64,000 nucleotides of DNA from Callorhinchus milii (lineage: Eukaryota): positions 19,160,001 through 19,224,000 of the forward strand of contig NW_024704742.1 in assembly GCF_018977255.1 (NCBI RefSeq). The letters run 5' to 3'. The number at the start of each line of letters is the position of its first letter. The first letter of the stretch is position 1. A model generated the notes under the pieces. It saw only the letters and a program-made list of their open reading frames with translations, was not told the origin of the DNA and did not search any database. Positions 61,575 to 64,000 of the stretch are shown here, one piece after another. Position numbers and translations under genes: made by a program.

Positions 61575-62971
61575 GGGGGGCCAAAAGGAAATGTTTTTGC
61601 AATCTGATCTTGGAAGGGAATTTAGCTGTGATCTTGTTTGCAAAGACATTGAATTCCCTCAACAAAAATATGTGACATTTGGTGCTACAGCATGATTAAC
61701 TCAGGAGCTGGCACTGCTGAGATTTGTTAGTGCGTCTGTCAATTCATTTGAATAATTGAGCTTCCATAAAAACTGCAGTTGGCTAAAGCTGCTGCTAACT
61801 GTGGTTACATTTCCATTAGATGGTTTAAGCACTGAGATGGGAAAAGGCACACATTAGGATCTGTAATAATCTTTACATTTGATATGGAACGTACAGCGTT
61901 GAAATGTCTCAAAGTGCTTCTGCTAAAATATTTTTTGGCAAATGGCTATGCTGCAATACCTAAAGTAGGTCCCTATCCTGTCATGTGATTGACTTCTGTA
62001 ACCATTTTTAACTCACCCCTGCATCTCTCAGCTGATCAACATTCAGTATCTGTCAGTGAAAACTTATCCCCCAGGAACCCACTTCAATTTTACTGTAAAC
62101 TGCAACTCCGAGTTCATCCTTTAAGACCCACAATGATTGGAAATCCTAGCTTCCCCTCAAACTACTCCTGCAGTATTGCCTCGTTCTCAGAATAATGTCA
62201 CTTTTCCCAACCACCAGAGACAGATGGTCGCTTTCAACTATGGTGCTCAAAATGGGCAGCCTTCCATCAATGTGCTAGGGGACCAGCAAGCTGCAGGTGG
62301 ATTGTGGCAGGCAATAGCAAGGAAGCCATGGAGTATACACTGCCATGCAGCCTTGTTGGCTGAAGCGAGGAAAAAGCAACCTCATGGCCTACAACCTGTA
62401 GCTCATGAAGATATATAAACTCTCAATATAAACTCTCATATCCAAGCTTCACTTGGTATGCTTTATAAAGGCAAAGACATGTGAGGGTACAAAGGTTTTA
62501 TTGTTGTCATTTACTGTGAGTATATGTACATTTTTAATATCTCTGCAATACATTTCAATTTTCCTGCTCTTCCTCACTGGAAGAGAATTTCATATGTACA
62601 TTAAATATATAAATGCAAGCAGTTTTTATCAATCTGTCAATCTCTAATGTTTTTCTTTTCTGTTTTCGATGGTCATTTGTCCCCTTCCCCTCCTCCTTTG
62701 CTTGGCATCCAACTCCTTTTCTGTGAAGCTCTCCAAAACATTGTTCTACTAAATGAATGCAAGTTGTTTCAACCAATGGAAATGCCCAGTACATTTTGTA
62801 GGAGCTTCCAATTCTCATATGATAGACCTTTTTTAACCCGCATGAAATGATGTGTACTGTTTTTGACATTTTGCCTACCATTCAAGGTGGGACAATTGAC
62901 AGGAGTAGGAATTTGGTGATGCAAGATGCAACATAAGGCTTGGGAACGTGAAATCCAAATGGAGCAGTAAG

Positions 62972-63125
62972 TAATAATAATAATCCTTGCATTTAATATA
63001 GCGTCTTATCACGTCATCAAGACATCTCAAAGCATTTCACATGATATAATGTATAGTAGATTGACTGTATTTTGTGGGCAAAACTCAGCAGCCAGTTTGC
63101 ACACAGCAATGTCCCACAAACAGTT
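62972..63125 (-). mobile_element. SINE tail fragment
   Basis: taataataataatccttgcatttaatatagcg...cagcaatgtcccacaaacag. Confidence 0.88.
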
Positions 63126-63469
63126 TTGGAGTGCGCCGTGGAGTGCATGCTCACAACTTAATAAAATGCTAGTTCCCAGTTGATCAATCTGTGCTCCAAG
63201 CTTTGGACATTCCTCCAACTTGGTTGCTAGGTGGTAACCGCCTTGTTTGGCTCCATAGCTACCCTGTCAGAGAGCCCTTTTGCTGCCAGTCTTGCTGGAC
63301 AATTCTAGGGTGTGTGCCCTCCTCCCCTGGAAAGTCCCAACACAACTGAACCTGCGATAAACAAAAATGTTAAGTGTTATCTTTCAACGTTTGTCTGCCA
63401 TAATTTCAACCTTCCAAAAGTGTAAGGTGGCACAAAACAGCTAAGTAAAATATTTAGAACACTGTGTAC

Positions 63470-63489
63470 ATATATATATATATATATAT
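63470..63489. repeat. (AT)n microsatellite
   Basis: Direct reading. Confidence 0.9.
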
Positions 63490-63859
63490 GAACACGTTAT
63501 AGAAAAGGTTAGGTCTCTCTTTGCGATTTAAAATCTGAGGGTGACATGTGAGCAACTAGCCAGTTGACTCAAAATCACAACAAATCAGAGCAACTGACTG
63601 CAGAGAATCAACCAAGTTTCTTTTCTTTGATTCCACATGGTCGAGCGGGGGTTACTACTCAATCATGAACCTAAACTAGGCCTATGACTTTCTTGGAGCA
63701 GCAGATGAATAGCATGTCACGTTGCAAAAGAAACAGGAAACGTGCAGCAGGCAGGGAAACAAAAGTGGGTGAGGCCTGCTTCAGGTGCTGAATGCCATTT
63801 TATTTATTTACAACATTTGTTTATTTCGCAATTGTGAATTAAGCGCTCTACAATACTTT

Positions 63860-63950
63860 TTCAATTCACTGAACAGTATATTCTTGAAGCGTTTTGAGAT
63901 GTCTCGAACACGTGATAAGGCGCTATATCAAATGCAAGGATTATCATTAT
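63860..63950 (+). mobile_element. SINE tail end
   Basis: caattcact...gaagcgttttgagatgtc...ggcgctatatcaaatgcaaggattatc. Confidence 0.85.
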
Positions 63951-64000
63951 ACACGGGGAATAAACATTGTACTCAATCAATGTTGTCATTGTCACTGTGC

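Noticed and set aside
62412..62440. Short tandem duplications (atataaactctca x2; also 7431-7476 and 56550-56571)
   Set aside because: Ordinary slippage products with no further structure.
1..64000. CRISPR array, operon or other prokaryotic system
   Set aside because: Vertebrate repeat content throughout; the recurring motifs are dispersed SINE/LINE ends, not regularly spaced repeats.

Overview
Repeat-rich, AT-rich vertebrate non-coding DNA (large intron or gene desert). I found no host protein-coding exon that I can support. Nearly all listed ORFs are retrotransposon fragments, antisense or off-frame readings of them, or chance. The repeat complement is typical of a cartilaginous fish, probably a holocephalan (inference only). 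It comprises many L2 LINE pieces with (GTT)n tails, CR1 pieces, and one near-full-length decayed CR1 at ~46.56-50.47 kb (minus strand; zinc-finger/esterase ORF1, APE-RT ORF2). There are also two abundant tRNA-headed SINE families, one with a CORE-like domain and one with the Deu domain, which share an L2-like 3' tail. The most notable observations are: (1) a ~170-bp Penelope-type insertion inside a SINE, with a hammerhead-ribozyme core, a perfect 39-bp inverted repeat and a 15-bp target-site duplication (42481-42679); (2) an unexplained 80-nt near-perfect hairpin (16212-16291); (3) a dispersed ~240-bp palindromic element; (4) an LF-SINE-like relic; (5) several repeat-free, motif-dense blocks that look like conserved enhancers. 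Repeat boundaries were read by eye and are approximate unless stated as exact. Family names come from recalled consensus motifs, not from database searches.
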